Shown: positions 9,849 through 20,349, counted from the stretch's first letter. The stretch is 64,000 nt of DNA from Dehalococcoidia bacterium (GCA_965197765.1 OZ240225.1:1366837-1430836); one strand, 5' to 3'. Made by a program: numbers and translations. Notes: generated by a model from the letters alone, not told the origin.

Positions 9849-10709
9849 ATGCCGATCATCGACTCTCATTGCCACGCTTGGAACTACTGGCCCTATTTGC
9901 CCGAGGTGCCTGACCCAGATCATCACGGTTCAGTTGAGACGTTGCTTGACCAGATGGACGTCAATGGCGTCGATCGGGCCACAATCGTTTGCGCGCAGAT
10001 TCACCGCAATCCGAACAACAACGACTACATCGCCGCCGCGGTCCGAAAATACCCTGACCGACTGAACCAGTTCGCCGATGTAGATTCCTTTTGGTCGGAT
10101 ACGTATCACATGCCCGGCGCGGCGAAGCGACTCGAACAAGCCGCGGAACGATGGCCGATGAAAGCCTTCACGCATTACGTGGCAGGCGAGGACGATGGAC
10201 GATGGTTCAATACGCAAGAGGGCAAGGATTTCTTTTCGGTGGCTCGCGACATCGGCCTCATCGCGTCCATCGCCATGGCTCCTCACCACCAGAACGAAAT
10301 CCGCAAAGTCGCCGAAGCGTTTCCGGAAGTTCCGATTCTGTGCCATCACATGTCTGCCTTGAGGTCATTCGGAGACGACGCGCAGTCGATGCTAGACAAC
10401 GTCATCGAATCCGCAAAATTGCCCAATATGCATCTGAAACTGTCGGGTTTCCACTACCTCTGCCGACCAGAGCGGGTGTGGGACTTCCCTTACTCGGAGA
10501 CTCATTGGGTTTACGAAGCGTGTTACGAGGCGTTCGGAACGCGCCTGTGCTGGGGATCCGACTTTCCAGTCGTAAAAAAGGCGATGACGCATTTGCAGTC
10601 GTTGGAGGCGTTCCGCTCGCATCTCACCTTCATCTCCGACGAGGATAGAGAAGCGATCCAAGGGGGTACGCTGGAAGCTCTATTGGCCAATACTCGTCCG
10701 GGCGGTTGA
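9849..10709 (+). CDS. Amidohydrolase-2 family metal-dependent hydrolase (TIM barrel)
   Basis: 286-aa ORF beginning MPIIDSHCHAW (HxH metal motif), later HHM and WGSDFP motifs. Confidence 0.7.
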   Translation: MPIIDSHCHAWNYWPYLPEVPDPDHHGSVETLLDQMDVNGVDRATIVCAQIHRNPNNNDYIAAAVRKYPDRLNQFADVDSFWSDTYHMPGAAKRLEQAAERWPMKAFTHYVAGEDDGRWFNTQEGKDFFSVARDIGLIASIAMAPHHQNEIRKVAEAFPEVPILCHHMSALRSFGDDAQSMLDNVIESAKLPNMHLKLSGFHYLCRPERVWDFPYSETHWVYEACYEAFGTRLCWGSDFPVVKKAMTHLQSLEAFRSHLTFISDEDREAIQGGTLEALLANTRPGG

Positions 10710-10728
10710 AATCAGGATCGATTCCATC

Positions 10729-12204
10729 TCAGTTCCCCGACCGCACATGCTTTGCCGCTTTAGTTCCGGCAATGCGACCAAACACAGCTCCGGCCATCAT
10801 ACCGCTGCCCGACGGGTAGTTGTCGTGCCACAACCCCCCTACCATCTCGCCTGCGGCGTAAAGACCGGGAATGACACGATCACTTTCGTGCAAGACTTCA
10901 GCCGAGGGGGTGATTTTCAGACCTCCGTACGTGAACGTCATGCCGCAGATCGTCGGATACGCCTCAAAGGGCGGGCTGGCGATGGGCAGTGCCCAATTGC
11001 TCTTGGGCGGAGTTATCCCCGAAGCCGATTTTCCATCGAGACGGAACGGATGGAATTCGCCTTCTTGAACGGAGTCATTGAACTGACGGACCGTTTCAAG
11101 GAATTCCCTCACATCACGAATCTCGAGATCTTTTGCAAGTGCTCCCAGGGTACTTGATTTGAAAACTGTTGCATCTTCGTATCCCCGGATCAGTCCCCTA
11201 CGTCTCTGCTCGGCGTCGAAGACTTGAAAAACGAGCCCTCCTGGCTGGGACAAAATGGCACGCCCGGCCTTGGCATAGGTGAGCCCGCGCCACGTCTCGC
11301 CCTCATCGACGAACCGACGCCCGTGGACATTGACCATGATCCCGAAGGGATAGGAGTAGCGGCTCCAGTACACTCCGCTCACGCCTGGACCGGGGACATC
11401 GTATTCGGGTCGATTCGAATCCTGAGGGGACGCGTGACAGGTGGACCAACTTCCATATGGCTGAGCACCCAACTCCAATGCCATGTTGAGACCGTCGCCG
11501 GTATTGAAGGGTACGCCCCTGAGCTTTACCTTGTCCCAACCGGCGCCAAGATACTGGGCCCGCATCTCCGGGCTCGACTCGAAGCTACCGCAAGCTAGAA
11601 TCACGGTCCGCGATTGGTAGCGGGCATCCCGGTCCCCCGTCCGAACCCGTACTCCCGTCACTCTGCCCGCGCGATCCTGCAACAGCTCTAGAGCCCTAGT
11701 CCCGTAATGCACCGGTATTCCTAAACGTTCCGCGGCGCGAAACCAGCGATCCTGCATGGCAAATCCACCACCATCAAATGAGACGACATTCGCCGACGTC
11801 GGACTTTCGTGAGACGGAATCCATGCGTGTCCGTATGACCGCATCCAACCCACCGTGCTGTAGGCCTCCGAGACCAGTATGCCGGCTAGAGTGGGATCGC
11901 TCCGACCGTCAGTTACCGCCATAATGTCGTCGTAGTAGTCCGACTCTTTGTAGTCACGAACTCTCTCGGCCAATGACCGCGTCTCTTCTTCGCTGACATC
12001 CGAGAGCAGGGCTACGAGGTCCTCCATTCCCCGATACGGGAACCGCATGTGAACGGTCAGTGCGCTGTTGCCGCCCCGCTGAGACTTGGACGCTTTTTCT
12101 AACACCACGACATCGGCACCCTGTTCCCGAGCGGCCACTGCGGCCGCCATTGCGGCGTTGCCCGCCCCTACCACCAATACGTCTGTGTCGACTACCGTTT
12201 CCAC
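10729..12204 (-). CDS. FAD-dependent oxidoreductase (TcuA / fumarate-reductase-flavoprotein-like)
   Basis: DVLVVGAGNAAMAAA dinucleotide-binding motif near the N-terminus, C-terminal AAGEMVGGLWHDNYPSGSG. Start set at GTG 12204, after GGAGAA, instead of the 523-aa track ORF. Confidence 0.75.
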   Translation of the reverse strand: METVVDTDVLVVGAGNAAMAAAVAAREQGADVVVLEKASKSQRGGNSALTVHMRFPYRGMEDLVALLSDVSEEETRSLAERVRDYKESDYYDDIMAVTDGRSDPTLAGILVSEAYSTVGWMRSYGHAWIPSHESPTSANVVSFDGGGFAMQDRWFRAAERLGIPVHYGTRALELLQDRAGRVTGVRVRTGDRDARYQSRTVILACGSFESSPEMRAQYLGAGWDKVKLRGVPFNTGDGLNMALELGAQPYGSWSTCHASPQDSNRPEYDVPGPGVSGVYWSRYSYPFGIMVNVHGRRFVDEGETWRGLTYAKAGRAILSQPGGLVFQVFDAEQRRRGLIRGYEDATVFKSSTLGALAKDLEIRDVREFLETVRQFNDSVQEGEFHPFRLDGKSASGITPPKSNWALPIASPPFEAYPTICGMTFTYGGLKITPSAEVLHESDRVIPGLYAAGEMVGGLWHDNYPSGSGMMAGAVFGRIAGTKAAKHVRSGN

Positions 12205-12316
12205 CAAAAATGTTTCTCCACGCGATCGCTGTGGCGGACATTCTAACCGGCAAACAGAGACAGGGATAGCGAGAGTAGAGCGCTCCCGGATTCTACCCAC
12301 ACCGGGACAACCACAT

Positions 12317-13429
12317 TCAAACCAAAACAGCCACTTTATTGGATTCGATCAGATCAAAGTCGATCTGCGCGCCTAATCCTGGCTCCTTGATCGCGTGGAC
12401 ATGGCCATTCTCGTCCGCATCGATATCGTCGACGAGGCCGTATTTCTGCAATTCCGTCGGCAACAACACCTCAAACATCTCGGTGTTTTTTATCGCCATG
12501 GCGCAATGAAGGTTTGCCACGTTCATTAACGAGTTGCCCCCGTGGTGGATCTCGTAGTTCATGTGGAAGGCTTCGGCCAAGTGCGCGGTCTTCATTACCG
12601 CAGTTATCCCGCCTTTGACGGCGACGTCGCCGCGTAGATAGTCGGTCGCTTGGTGCACTAACCATGGGGCATATGCCGTGAAGCCGCCCGGCGAATGTTC
12701 CGTCGCCATGAGCGGTATGTGTAGGTTTTGGCGCAGCTTCACGTAGTTGAAGATGTCGTCACCTGCCAGAGGGTCTTCATACCAGTAGTAACCCAGTTCT
12801 TGGATCGCTTTGCCTACTGCGAGGGCACCGGGGTAGTCGTATGCCCAGATGGAGTCGAGCATCAGCTGGTAGTCATCTCCGACCGCCGCCCGTACCGCTT
12901 CGCAGACCGCGATGTCTTCATGAATATCCTCGGCCGGAGGGTGGATCTTGTACGCGGCCCATCCTGCGGCCTTCATCTCCGCAGCCTCCTCGGCGTACGC
13001 CTCGACCGTAGGCAAGCGAGCCGAACTGACGTAGGCAGGGATGCTCTCTCGATACGAGCCCAGCATCTGGTAGAGCGGCAACCCGGCAACTTTCCCGCCG
13101 ATATCCCACAGTGCGACATCCACCGCTCCGATCGCCCGCATCGTGGTGTTGTTTTGGAGGAATATCATCGTCTCGTGCAACTGCTCACGCGCCAGGGGAT
13201 CTTGCCCCATGACCACTGGTTTCAGATAGGTCATCAGGGACAACGCGTCCATCTCAGCACTACGGTTAGATGTGCCTAGAAACGCGTGTCCGTCGACCCC
13301 TTCGTCGGTGCGAATCGTCAACAGCCCGATTTGGCTCGTGCTTCCTGGTTGCACGGAGTGCTTTTTCGGCAATGCCGACGGAAGGCCTTCCCATTTGAAA
13401 AGCGTCAGCGATACATCCGTAATCTTCAT
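12317..13429 (-). CDS. Enolase-superfamily enzyme (mandelate racemase / muconate lactonizing family)
   Basis: 370-aa ORF, MKITDV... capping domain, barrel region with the D..E..D metal ligand pattern (MLDSIWAYD, YWYEDP). Substrate unknown. Confidence 0.75.
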   Translation of the reverse strand: MKITDVSLTLFKWEGLPSALPKKHSVQPGSTSQIGLLTIRTDEGVDGHAFLGTSNRSAEMDALSLMTYLKPVVMGQDPLAREQLHETMIFLQNNTTMRAIGAVDVALWDIGGKVAGLPLYQMLGSYRESIPAYVSSARLPTVEAYAEEAAEMKAAGWAAYKIHPPAEDIHEDIAVCEAVRAAVGDDYQLMLDSIWAYDYPGALAVGKAIQELGYYWYEDPLAGDDIFNYVKLRQNLHIPLMATEHSPGGFTAYAPWLVHQATDYLRGDVAVKGGITAVMKTAHLAEAFHMNYEIHHGGNSLMNVANLHCAMAIKNTEMFEVLLPTELQKYGLVDDIDADENGHVHAIKEPGLGAQIDFDLIESNKVAVLV

Positions 13430-13480
13430 TCTTGTCTCCTTAGTGCGATTTCTCGGCGCGGGACGGTCTCCGCGCTGGGT

Positions 13481-14320
13481 TCATGCCATCCTCTGACCAC
13501 CGTCGATATGAATCGACTGTCCGGTTATGGAACTGGCGTCATCCGATACTAGAAACGCCACCAAAATGCCGATCTCTTCGGGAGTCTGCGCTCGTGCCAG
13601 CGGAATGAGTTCCGCAACTCCCTCATTGAATACGTCGTAAGGGGCGCTACCGGCGAGCGACGGGTCGCTCCTCATCCTCTCCGAAATCGCGACGTCGTGA
13701 AACGCGGTCCAAACCCTTCCGGGGCAGATCGCGTTTACGTTTATGTTGTGCGGCCCCAGAGTAGCGGCGCAGTACTGCGTGTAGTTTATGACCGCCGCTT
13801 TTGAAGGTCCGTACGCATTCGCGTAGCCAGGCGCCCCTGAGGGTGGCCCCCACCATATCGGCCCTCGCCCGGCGCCAGACGCCGTGTTGATGATCTTCCC
13901 GTACTTTCTCTCGATGAAGTGTCCGACAACGGCTTTGGTGCAGCGCATCACGCCTCGCACGTTGATATCGAGTACGGTGTTCCAGTTCTCCTCCCAGTCC
14001 TCGTCTAGTCCACCCCCAGCTTTGCCCTCAACTCTGCCAATACCTGCATTGTTGATGAGTATGTCCAAGTGTCCGAACTCCGAGATTACATGCTGAACGC
14101 CCGTTGCCACCGACGCGTTGTCCGTCGTATCGATGTGAATCGCGAAACTCTCGCGGCCCAACGTACTGATCTCCTCTACCACCGCGGCCGCACCCGAGTC
14201 ATTGATGTCAGCGATGGCGACATTCGCACCTTGCTCAGCGAGTTTTAGCGCGATACCGCGGCCGATACCTTGACCGCCGCCAGTGACCAGCGCGTTTCTA
14301 CCGGTGAGATCTGCAATCAT
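13481..14320 (-). CDS. SDR family oxidoreductase
   Basis: LVTGGGQGIGRGIA, NNAG, YGPSKAA motifs. Start trimmed to Met30 of the track ORF (14320) so it no longer overlaps the upstream gene end at 14334. Confidence 0.8.
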   Translation of the reverse strand: MIADLTGRNALVTGGGQGIGRGIALKLAEQGANVAIADINDSGAAAVVEEISTLGRESFAIHIDTTDNASVATGVQHVISEFGHLDILINNAGIGRVEGKAGGGLDEDWEENWNTVLDINVRGVMRCTKAVVGHFIERKYGKIINTASGAGRGPIWWGPPSGAPGYANAYGPSKAAVINYTQYCAATLGPHNINVNAICPGRVWTAFHDVAISERMRSDPSLAGSAPYDVFNEGVAELIPLARAQTPEEIGILVAFLVSDDASSITGQSIHIDGGQRMA

Positions 14321-14333
14321 GTCTGATATCTCC

Positions 14334-16172
14334 TCACTTTGCACTTTGCAACGGCAGCATGACGTGTGACGGATGTTCGGGACTGTGCCAGATCGTTTGA
14401 TGTGCAATTTCGTAGCGGCGTTCGAGTCCCAAAGGCCCCCCAGTGTTGGGATTCACGTCAAAACGCGGCCAGTTGCTGCTGCTGATGTCCAAACGTATGC
14501 GATGCCCTTTTCGGAACACGTTTGAAGTGGGGTACAGGTGGAACTTAATCTCGTACGGCGTTCCTGGTTCCATTAACTCCGGCTCCGTCCAACCGTTCCG
14601 GTAGCGGGCCCTGATGATGGAGTCGGTGATGTTCATCGCGAAGCCATCAGCATAATCGGCAGACGGCGGATGAACGTCAATGAGTTTGGCGGTGAAGTCT
14701 GTGTCAATCGCCGATGACGACGCCCACAGATGCATCACAATCTCGCCAGTCACCTCCGTGTCTTCCTCGAGTTCGGGGGTCTGGAAAGTAAGGATGTCCT
14801 GGCGTGAATTCAGCGGCAACACATCGACGCATCCGAAGAAATCAGGCCTGCCACGCTGGTCGAAGGCGCCGGCCCGGATAATCGTTTCGGCCGCCGAAAT
14901 TCCTCCACCCATGGTTGGCACCGGGTCCTTGGGATCAAACGTGTATCCAGTCGATGTCGTCTCGCCCCCGGAAGGTTTATCTTCCGATAGAACTCCGCTG
15001 GCACGCAGGTAGAACGGTGTCTCGACCGTGCCAGGCAATGGCCAATCCGGTTCCGACCGCCAATAACCGCCGTGGTCTAGATAGCGGTCATGGTCGTGCT
15101 TATTCCTGCGCTGGCTGCCCGTGCCCATTGTGAAGATCCGCACCGGCGACCAATCGGCGAACTCGGTGTGCAAGCCTTTCATGTAGTGATCGAACCATGC
15201 CAAGCGGAGGTCATTCACATTGATGTGCGCTTCAGTTCCGAAATCGACATCTCCAGCATTTGTAACCTCAAACGCGCCGTGTATCCACGGCCCCATTAGC
15301 AAGACCTGTTGAGACTTCTTGATCGCACTGAGCTTCACGTAACTCGTCGGCGTGTTCCGAGCATAAGAGTCGTACCAACCGCCGAGGTAGAGCGACGGCA
15401 CGTCGGCGTGCTCGTCGTAGTACTCGTCAATCGCGTAGCCGCGTTGCTTCCAATAGTCATCGAACTCGCCGTGGGTCAAGATGTCGATCGCCCACCGCTC
15501 ATACGAGGGCAATCTCCGCAACACGGTCGCGCCTTCCTTGAGCGGAAACTTGCGCACCATGTCTGGCATGTCGACCAAGAACGCCTTCTTGATTTCTGCC
15601 TGCATACCCTGGTCGGCAATCGCCTCTTTGCTGGTCATTGCCATCCTAAAGGCGTAGACCATAAAACGCTGTTCGAGCGCGCCGTTTTGGCGCATTGAGC
15701 TGTGGTAGTAGTTAGACGCTCCGACCGCGACGACCATCGTCGACAGGTGCGACGGATTCATTGTCGCCAGCGCCGACTGGTCACTGCCGGCGTACGAACC
15801 GCCCATCGTTCCAACCTGGCCATCGCTCCACGGCTGCACTCCGAGCCACTGGACCGCGTCGAAGCCGTCCGACGCCTCTTTGGCAAACGCGTACCACTCC
15901 CCTTCCGACGCAAATCGGCCACGAACGTCCTGAATGACTCCGACGTAGCCCCGCCGCGCGTAATACTTCATGTTCGTCACATGGCGCGGCGCTGTCTTGT
16001 CATACGGAGTGCGCTCGAGGATGACCGGGAATCGACCTTCGGCCAGACGGCCGCCGACCGACGGGAGGTAAATGTCAGCGGCGAGTCGAACATCGTCGCG
16101 CATCGGAATCATCACGTTCTTACGAAAAGTGACGTCGTAGGCGATGGGGGATCCTTCATATGGAGTGTTCAC
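14334..16172 (-). CDS. CocE/NonD family hydrolase (X-Pro dipeptidyl-peptidase S15-like)
   Basis: 612-aa ORF: MIPMRDDVRLAADIYLP, ERTPYDK, GGSYAG nucleophile elbow, C-terminal beta-sandwich region. Confidence 0.8.
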   Translation of the reverse strand: MNTPYEGSPIAYDVTFRKNVMIPMRDDVRLAADIYLPSVGGRLAEGRFPVILERTPYDKTAPRHVTNMKYYARRGYVGVIQDVRGRFASEGEWYAFAKEASDGFDAVQWLGVQPWSDGQVGTMGGSYAGSDQSALATMNPSHLSTMVVAVGASNYYHSSMRQNGALEQRFMVYAFRMAMTSKEAIADQGMQAEIKKAFLVDMPDMVRKFPLKEGATVLRRLPSYERWAIDILTHGEFDDYWKQRGYAIDEYYDEHADVPSLYLGGWYDSYARNTPTSYVKLSAIKKSQQVLLMGPWIHGAFEVTNAGDVDFGTEAHINVNDLRLAWFDHYMKGLHTEFADWSPVRIFTMGTGSQRRNKHDHDRYLDHGGYWRSEPDWPLPGTVETPFYLRASGVLSEDKPSGGETTSTGYTFDPKDPVPTMGGGISAAETIIRAGAFDQRGRPDFFGCVDVLPLNSRQDILTFQTPELEEDTEVTGEIVMHLWASSSAIDTDFTAKLIDVHPPSADYADGFAMNITDSIIRARYRNGWTEPELMEPGTPYEIKFHLYPTSNVFRKGHRIRLDISSSNWPRFDVNPNTGGPLGLERRYEIAHQTIWHSPEHPSHVMLPLQSAK

Positions 16173-16309
16173 GATTTGCGTCTCCTGAGTTATTTCTTGC
16201 TAGCAACGCCTCATCGTCGCAGGCCGATCATTCTGACGTTGAGTACGCTATAACACGTTCCACATTATTGCCGAGATCCTCTGGTTTTAGCTCCCCGCTC
16301 TTAAAAACG

Positions 16310-17050
16310 ATGCCCGACATATTCCATATCGTCGTCACTTCATTGGTATTAATGGGTGCCGCCTTCGTCATCGGAGCGATTGGATTCGGGTTTGGCTTGA
16401 CGACGTCTCCCGTATTGCTCCTCATACTCGATCCCCAAACCGTTGTGATCGTGATCAACGCCGTAGCCATCATCGCCTTCTCGCTGGTCCTCGTCGAAAC
16501 GCGGGAGCATCTCCGCAACCGTGAGCTCGCACCAATGGGCATCGCCGCCGTACTCGGAACACCGATCGGCGTGTTCGCGCTAAGTACGCTAGATCCCACT
16601 GCCCTCCGAATCTCTATCGGGATCCTCGTCTTAATACTCACAGCGATGGTCGTCTTCAACGCCGAATGGAGGGTCCCATATCCACGAATCAGCGGCCCCA
16701 TACTTGGACTAATATCCTCCGCGTTCACAACTGGTCTCGCGATCGGCGGCCCGATACTCGTGCTGTTTTTCCTCGGACGCGGTATGGACCGTCAAGGCGT
16801 CCGAGCGTCGATGGCCTTCTTTTTCACTATCATGTACGTCGCCGCCGCCATCGGATACGCCATCCAAGGACTCTTCACCACTGAACGCCTCATCCTAATT
16901 GCCGCCGCCGCGCCGGTGGTCGCCATCGGTTACTGGATCGCCGTCAAACTCACCGGCCGCATGAACGAAAGAGTATTCCGAACTGCCGTGGTCGGCGTCA
17001 TCGTCATCTCAAGCTTGGTGGTAATCGCCCGCGAAGTCGCGTCGCTTTAG
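16310..17050 (+). CDS. TauE/SafE-family anion exporter-like membrane protein
   Basis: About 8 TM helices with an internal repeat. Start set at MPDIFHIV (16310) rather than 16160, which would overlap the divergent gene. Confidence 0.6.
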   Translation: MPDIFHIVVTSLVLMGAAFVIGAIGFGFGLTTSPVLLLILDPQTVVIVINAVAIIAFSLVLVETREHLRNRELAPMGIAAVLGTPIGVFALSTLDPTALRISIGILVLILTAMVVFNAEWRVPYPRISGPILGLISSAFTTGLAIGGPILVLFFLGRGMDRQGVRASMAFFFTIMYVAAAIGYAIQGLFTTERLILIAAAAPVVAIGYWIAVKLTGRMNERVFRTAVVGVIVISSLVVIAREVASL

Positions 17051-17187
17051 GACGCGGCGTGACATCAAGCGATGGTTGAATCGCCCATCGGTCAAAGTCA
17101 CATCCCGAAGTATGATGTTGCCATCGTACGTTCGAAATTGCTGAGGCTATCCTCGGTCCGGGCACATCGTTGAAGCGGAGAGTTCAT

Positions 17188-17547
17188 ATGAGAGCTAAGA
17201 ATCCGATGGTCATCCACTACGTATCGGACATGAATCGCGCAAAGAGATTTTATGCGGAGGTCTTTGACGTACCGACGCTGGTGGAATCGCCGGGTTGGAC
17301 CACATTGGATTTGGGAGGAATGGAGCTCGCGTTACACGTTGCCGCCGAGTCCGAGATTGGCGAACGACTGATGCCTCAGGCCGGACTGAACGTCGAAGTC
17401 GACAGCATTGAGGAGACGCTACCGTACATTGAGCGACTGGGTGGAAGACTTGTCGAGTTGCGGGAGCCGCAGGGCCAGATTCCTATTCGCCTTGCGAGCT
17501 GCGAGGATAGCGAAGGAAACGGTTTCGAACTCCGCCAAGAGCCGTGA
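17188..17547 (+). CDS. VOC/glyoxalase-bleomycin resistance family protein
   Basis: About 120-aa ORF, GGAGAG RBS before ATG 17188. IHYVSDMNRAKRFY...LALH...E..DSEGNGFEL pattern. Confidence 0.65.
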   Translation: MRAKNPMVIHYVSDMNRAKRFYAEVFDVPTLVESPGWTTLDLGGMELALHVAAESEIGERLMPQAGLNVEVDSIEETLPYIERLGGRLVELREPQGQIPIRLASCEDSEGNGFELRQEP

Positions 17548-17561
17548 CATTGAAATGTTGA

Positions 17562-18671
17562 CTATTGAGAAGTGAACCGGGCGCGCAGCTCGACGGTCCG
17601 CTCCGCCTTCTCGTACCAGCCTTGCGGCGCATAGTCGCTCATGTGCATATAGCACTTGATGGTCGTTTCGTCGGAGTCCTCCTCGAAAGTGAACAAGCGA
17701 CTCATCGAGATGTTTTTGTGTCCGTGATATCTCGATATCGCCGCGACGTTGACGAACGTCACGCCCCACTTCTGCTCGATGTGTGAACGCCCGCCGTATG
17801 TGTCGTCCGGATTCGTGTGAGTATGACCTCCGATCCAGATATCGATCGCGCCGGGATGCTTTTCCAAATAAGACTCAAACGCTCCAGCGTCCGGCACACC
17901 GCCGACGAAGTAAAGGTACGATGCGCCAATTGGAGCTCCATCCTCAAACCTGCCGTGATATCCGCCATCCACGCCTTCCCACGGACCTGACGCCACCGTC
18001 GTCTCCTTCAACATGTGATGATGAGCGGTCACGATGATCTTGTCCGGATTCGCTTCGACGTTATTTCGCCACCACTCGAATGTCTCAGTTGTCACTGCGC
18101 CGGCCGGGTAACCGCCGTACGCTCCCCGACCAACCGGCGGCCCACCGTCATTACGGTCGCCCATGATGAGAAATAGGATGTTGCCGACTTGGAAGGAGTA
18201 TCTTTCCCAAGTTCCCACGATTGGATAGGGCCTTCTGTCTGCGTGCACACCCGAATACTCCGTGTTTTCGCCCGTAGGGTCTACCCACTTGCGAAACCAC
18301 CATTGAGTCGATTCATCCGCGCCACTGGCATCGTGATTCCCGACCAAGTTGTAGAAATCTTCACGCTTGTGTTTGGTCGACACTGCATATTGACTCACCA
18401 CCTCTCTGCCCTCTTCGTCGTCGGGTGGCGTCTGAGACCCTGACAAGTCGCCCACATCGAGCATGACGTCCCAATCGAACGGCGGTCCGTCGTCATCGCC
18501 GCCCTGCTCCGATTGCAGGATCGCCTCAGCCAGACTTCGTCGGTTGGCGCGTATAAGGTCGGTTCCGACATGGGCATCGCCTCCGGCCCACAATTTGAAT
18601 GTTTTCTCGTTTACGTTAAGCCTCCCCGAGGGAATCGAATTCCGGGTGCCAGCGCAGCCGGCCGTGCGCAC
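17562..18671 (-). CDS. Metallophosphoesterase (calcineurin-like)
   Basis: GDAHVG, DVGDLSG, GNHD, AHHH and GGHTH motifs in canonical order. Start uncertain: ATG 18671 overlaps the upstream GNAT gene by 56 nt. Confidence 0.7.
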   Translation of the reverse strand: MRTAGCAGTRNSIPSGRLNVNEKTFKLWAGGDAHVGTDLIRANRRSLAEAILQSEQGGDDDGPPFDWDVMLDVGDLSGSQTPPDDEEGREVVSQYAVSTKHKREDFYNLVGNHDASGADESTQWWFRKWVDPTGENTEYSGVHADRRPYPIVGTWERYSFQVGNILFLIMGDRNDGGPPVGRGAYGGYPAGAVTTETFEWWRNNVEANPDKIIVTAHHHMLKETTVASGPWEGVDGGYHGRFEDGAPIGASYLYFVGGVPDAGAFESYLEKHPGAIDIWIGGHTHTNPDDTYGGRSHIEQKWGVTFVNVAAISRYHGHKNISMSRLFTFEEDSDETTIKCYMHMSDYAPQGWYEKAERTVELRARFTSQ

Positions 18672-19137
18672 GGCGTAAAACAGTATCAGCCAATTCCATC
18701 ACCATAAACGCATCGCCGAAGTCGGCATCACCGATTCCGAGTGCGTGTTGAGACGCAGGAGTGAAACCAAAGCGGGCGTAGTATTTTGGGCTGCCCAGCA
18801 CGGTGAGGATCTCGGCATCGGCTTCGCTGCACCGATCAATGGTCGCACGCACGATTTGCGTGTCGAATCCACGGCTTTGCATCTCGGGATGCACACTCAC
18901 AGGCGCCAGCGCCCAAGCAACAATCCCATGCGTTCCGGAACTCCACAACATCGGACTCGCCGATGCATGGGCTACCACTTGCCGGTCTAAGACGAGCACC
19001 ATTGAAACCTTGAGGGCGTTGGCGTCTCTGAGACTATCCACCAGTACCGCCTCGGCGCCGTTTCCGAACGCCGCACTCACCAGATCGTGAATATCGGCAA
19101 TGTCGCTGTCTTGCTCTTCGCGGACGTGTGTGTTCAC
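18616..19137 (-). CDS. GNAT family N-acetyltransferase
   Basis: 173-aa ORF with an acetyl-CoA pocket-like segment (HPEMQSRGFDTQIVRATIDR) and YYARFGF. Confidence 0.7.
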   Translation of the reverse strand: MNTHVREEQDSDIADIHDLVSAAFGNGAEAVLVDSLRDANALKVSMVLVLDRQVVAHASASPMLWSSGTHGIVAWALAPVSVHPEMQSRGFDTQIVRATIDRCSEADAEILTVLGSPKYYARFGFTPASQHALGIGDADFGDAFMVMELADTVLRRAHGRLRWHPEFDSLGEA

Positions 19138-19291
19138 GCACTGACTCCGTATCGGTAGAATCTACCATCGCATTCCTGTTTGGTTCATTGGCATCGTCCG
19201 TACCTCAAATGTACGAGCGGCTGGAGCGTTGAACGTCGGGTTTGCGTGCGTTAGAATCTAGGATTGGGTCTCATGCCCAATTTGGCTTCAT

Positions 19292-19366
19292 TCCCGAGTA
19301 GCTCAGCGGTAGAGCAGCTGACTGTTAATCAGCGGGTCACAGGTTCGAATCCTGTCTCGGGAGCCA
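19292..19366 (+). tRNA. tRNA-Asn (GUU)
   Basis: TCCCGAGTAGCTCAGCGGTAGAGC...anticodon loop CTGTTAA...GGTTCGAATCC...CTCGGGAGCCA. Clean cloverleaf, encoded CCA. Confidence 0.9.
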
Positions 19367-19832
19367 ACATTCGTTCATTTTAGCTTTGAAATAAGCGAAT
19401 AGCGCGGTTAATTATCACTTCAGTTATCACTTCTTGCGAGAGGCAGCAGCGCCCGACGGCGGGTCGGAAATGAGTTCTGCGAAATCCGACGATTTTCGCA
19501 ACCGGCGGGAATCGGGAATGTGGAAAACACCGGTGCGCTCGCCCTGCCCCTAGAAACGCGGGCTCGGCTGCGACACGACCGGCCACGGCTATGCCGCGCG
19601 CCGATCTTCGACCGGTCGGCCGCGCCTTTTCGGCGCAGGCCGAGCTTGGGCAGGATGAAGCGCGGCACTCGCGCTCCTCGGTCTTTGGTCGCGACGCCAG
19701 CCGTATCGAAACCGAGGCGAACAGCGGCCGGCGAACCGAATTTGGATCAAGATCGGTTCGCCGGCCCCAGAACCTGACTGCGTCGTTCGCCGAATTCGAA
19801 CGTCGTACCCGACTTTCAGAACGTTTCGGCGT

Positions 19833-20045
19833 TCAAGCGTGCGAACTCGGTTGCAGATCGGCTATCCATCGGTCGATCTCTTCGACGCGCCAGCCGACCG
19901 CGCGGCTGTTCGACCCGCCGAGCCGGAGGGGAGCCGGGAACTGCTTGTCTCGGATCCGCCGCCAGAGCGTGGTCCTCGAAAACCCGACCAGTTCCTCCAC
20001 TTCCTTCGCCCGCATGATTCGTTTCTTGGGGACCGGTTCAGACAT
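19833..20045 (-). CDS. alpA: AlpA/excisionase-family phage transcriptional regulator (MerR-like HTH)
   Basis: MSEPVPKKRIMRAKEVEELVGFSRTTLWRRIRDKQFPAPLRLGGSNSRAVGWRVEEIDRWI matches the AlpA pattern (l.EV..l.G.SRsTlyr.i..g.FP.P..lG.r.vgW...Ev..Wi). Start at Met23 of the track ORF. Confidence 0.8.
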   Translation of the reverse strand: MSEPVPKKRIMRAKEVEELVGFSRTTLWRRIRDKQFPAPLRLGGSNSRAVGWRVEEIDRWIADLQPSSHA

Positions 20046-20349
20046 TGCCCGACTCCTCGACGCTGGACGTGCGCTGATCCTTCGCCATGTCGGGAACAGG
20101 CAGTCGAGCAACGGATTCGGAGACGTGTCTCGATCGATCGTCGACCATCACCGGTCGTCGGAGCCGTCTGAGAAAAGCCGGGAGCGACGCGCTCGTTTCG
20201 GTCGGGATCGGCAACGCGGCGGCGAAATCCGAGATTCCATCGAGGCTCGCCAGTTTTACGAGCCGCGCCTTTTTGCAACTGACCAGCGAGAAGGACGGGC
20301 CTCGCGCGAAGCGACGTGCAGCACCGCCCGCAAGAGTAGGGGCATGCAT
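20038..20349 (-). CDS. Hypothetical protein, possibly translationally coupled to alpA
   Basis: 103-aa ORF whose TGA overlaps the alpA ATG (ATGTCTGA). Composition only moderately protein-like, no recognisable motif. Confidence 0.3.
   Translation of the reverse strand: MHAPTLAGGAARRFARGPSFSLVSCKKARLVKLASLDGISDFAAALPIPTETSASLPAFLRRLRRPVMVDDRSRHVSESVARLPVPDMAKDQRTSSVEESGNV

Noticed and set aside
19380-19832. Possible integrase remnant between tRNA-Asn and alpA
   Set aside because: I translated all three minus-strand frames by hand. None shows P4-type N-terminal or tyrosine-recombinase C-terminal (R..HxxR..Y) motifs.
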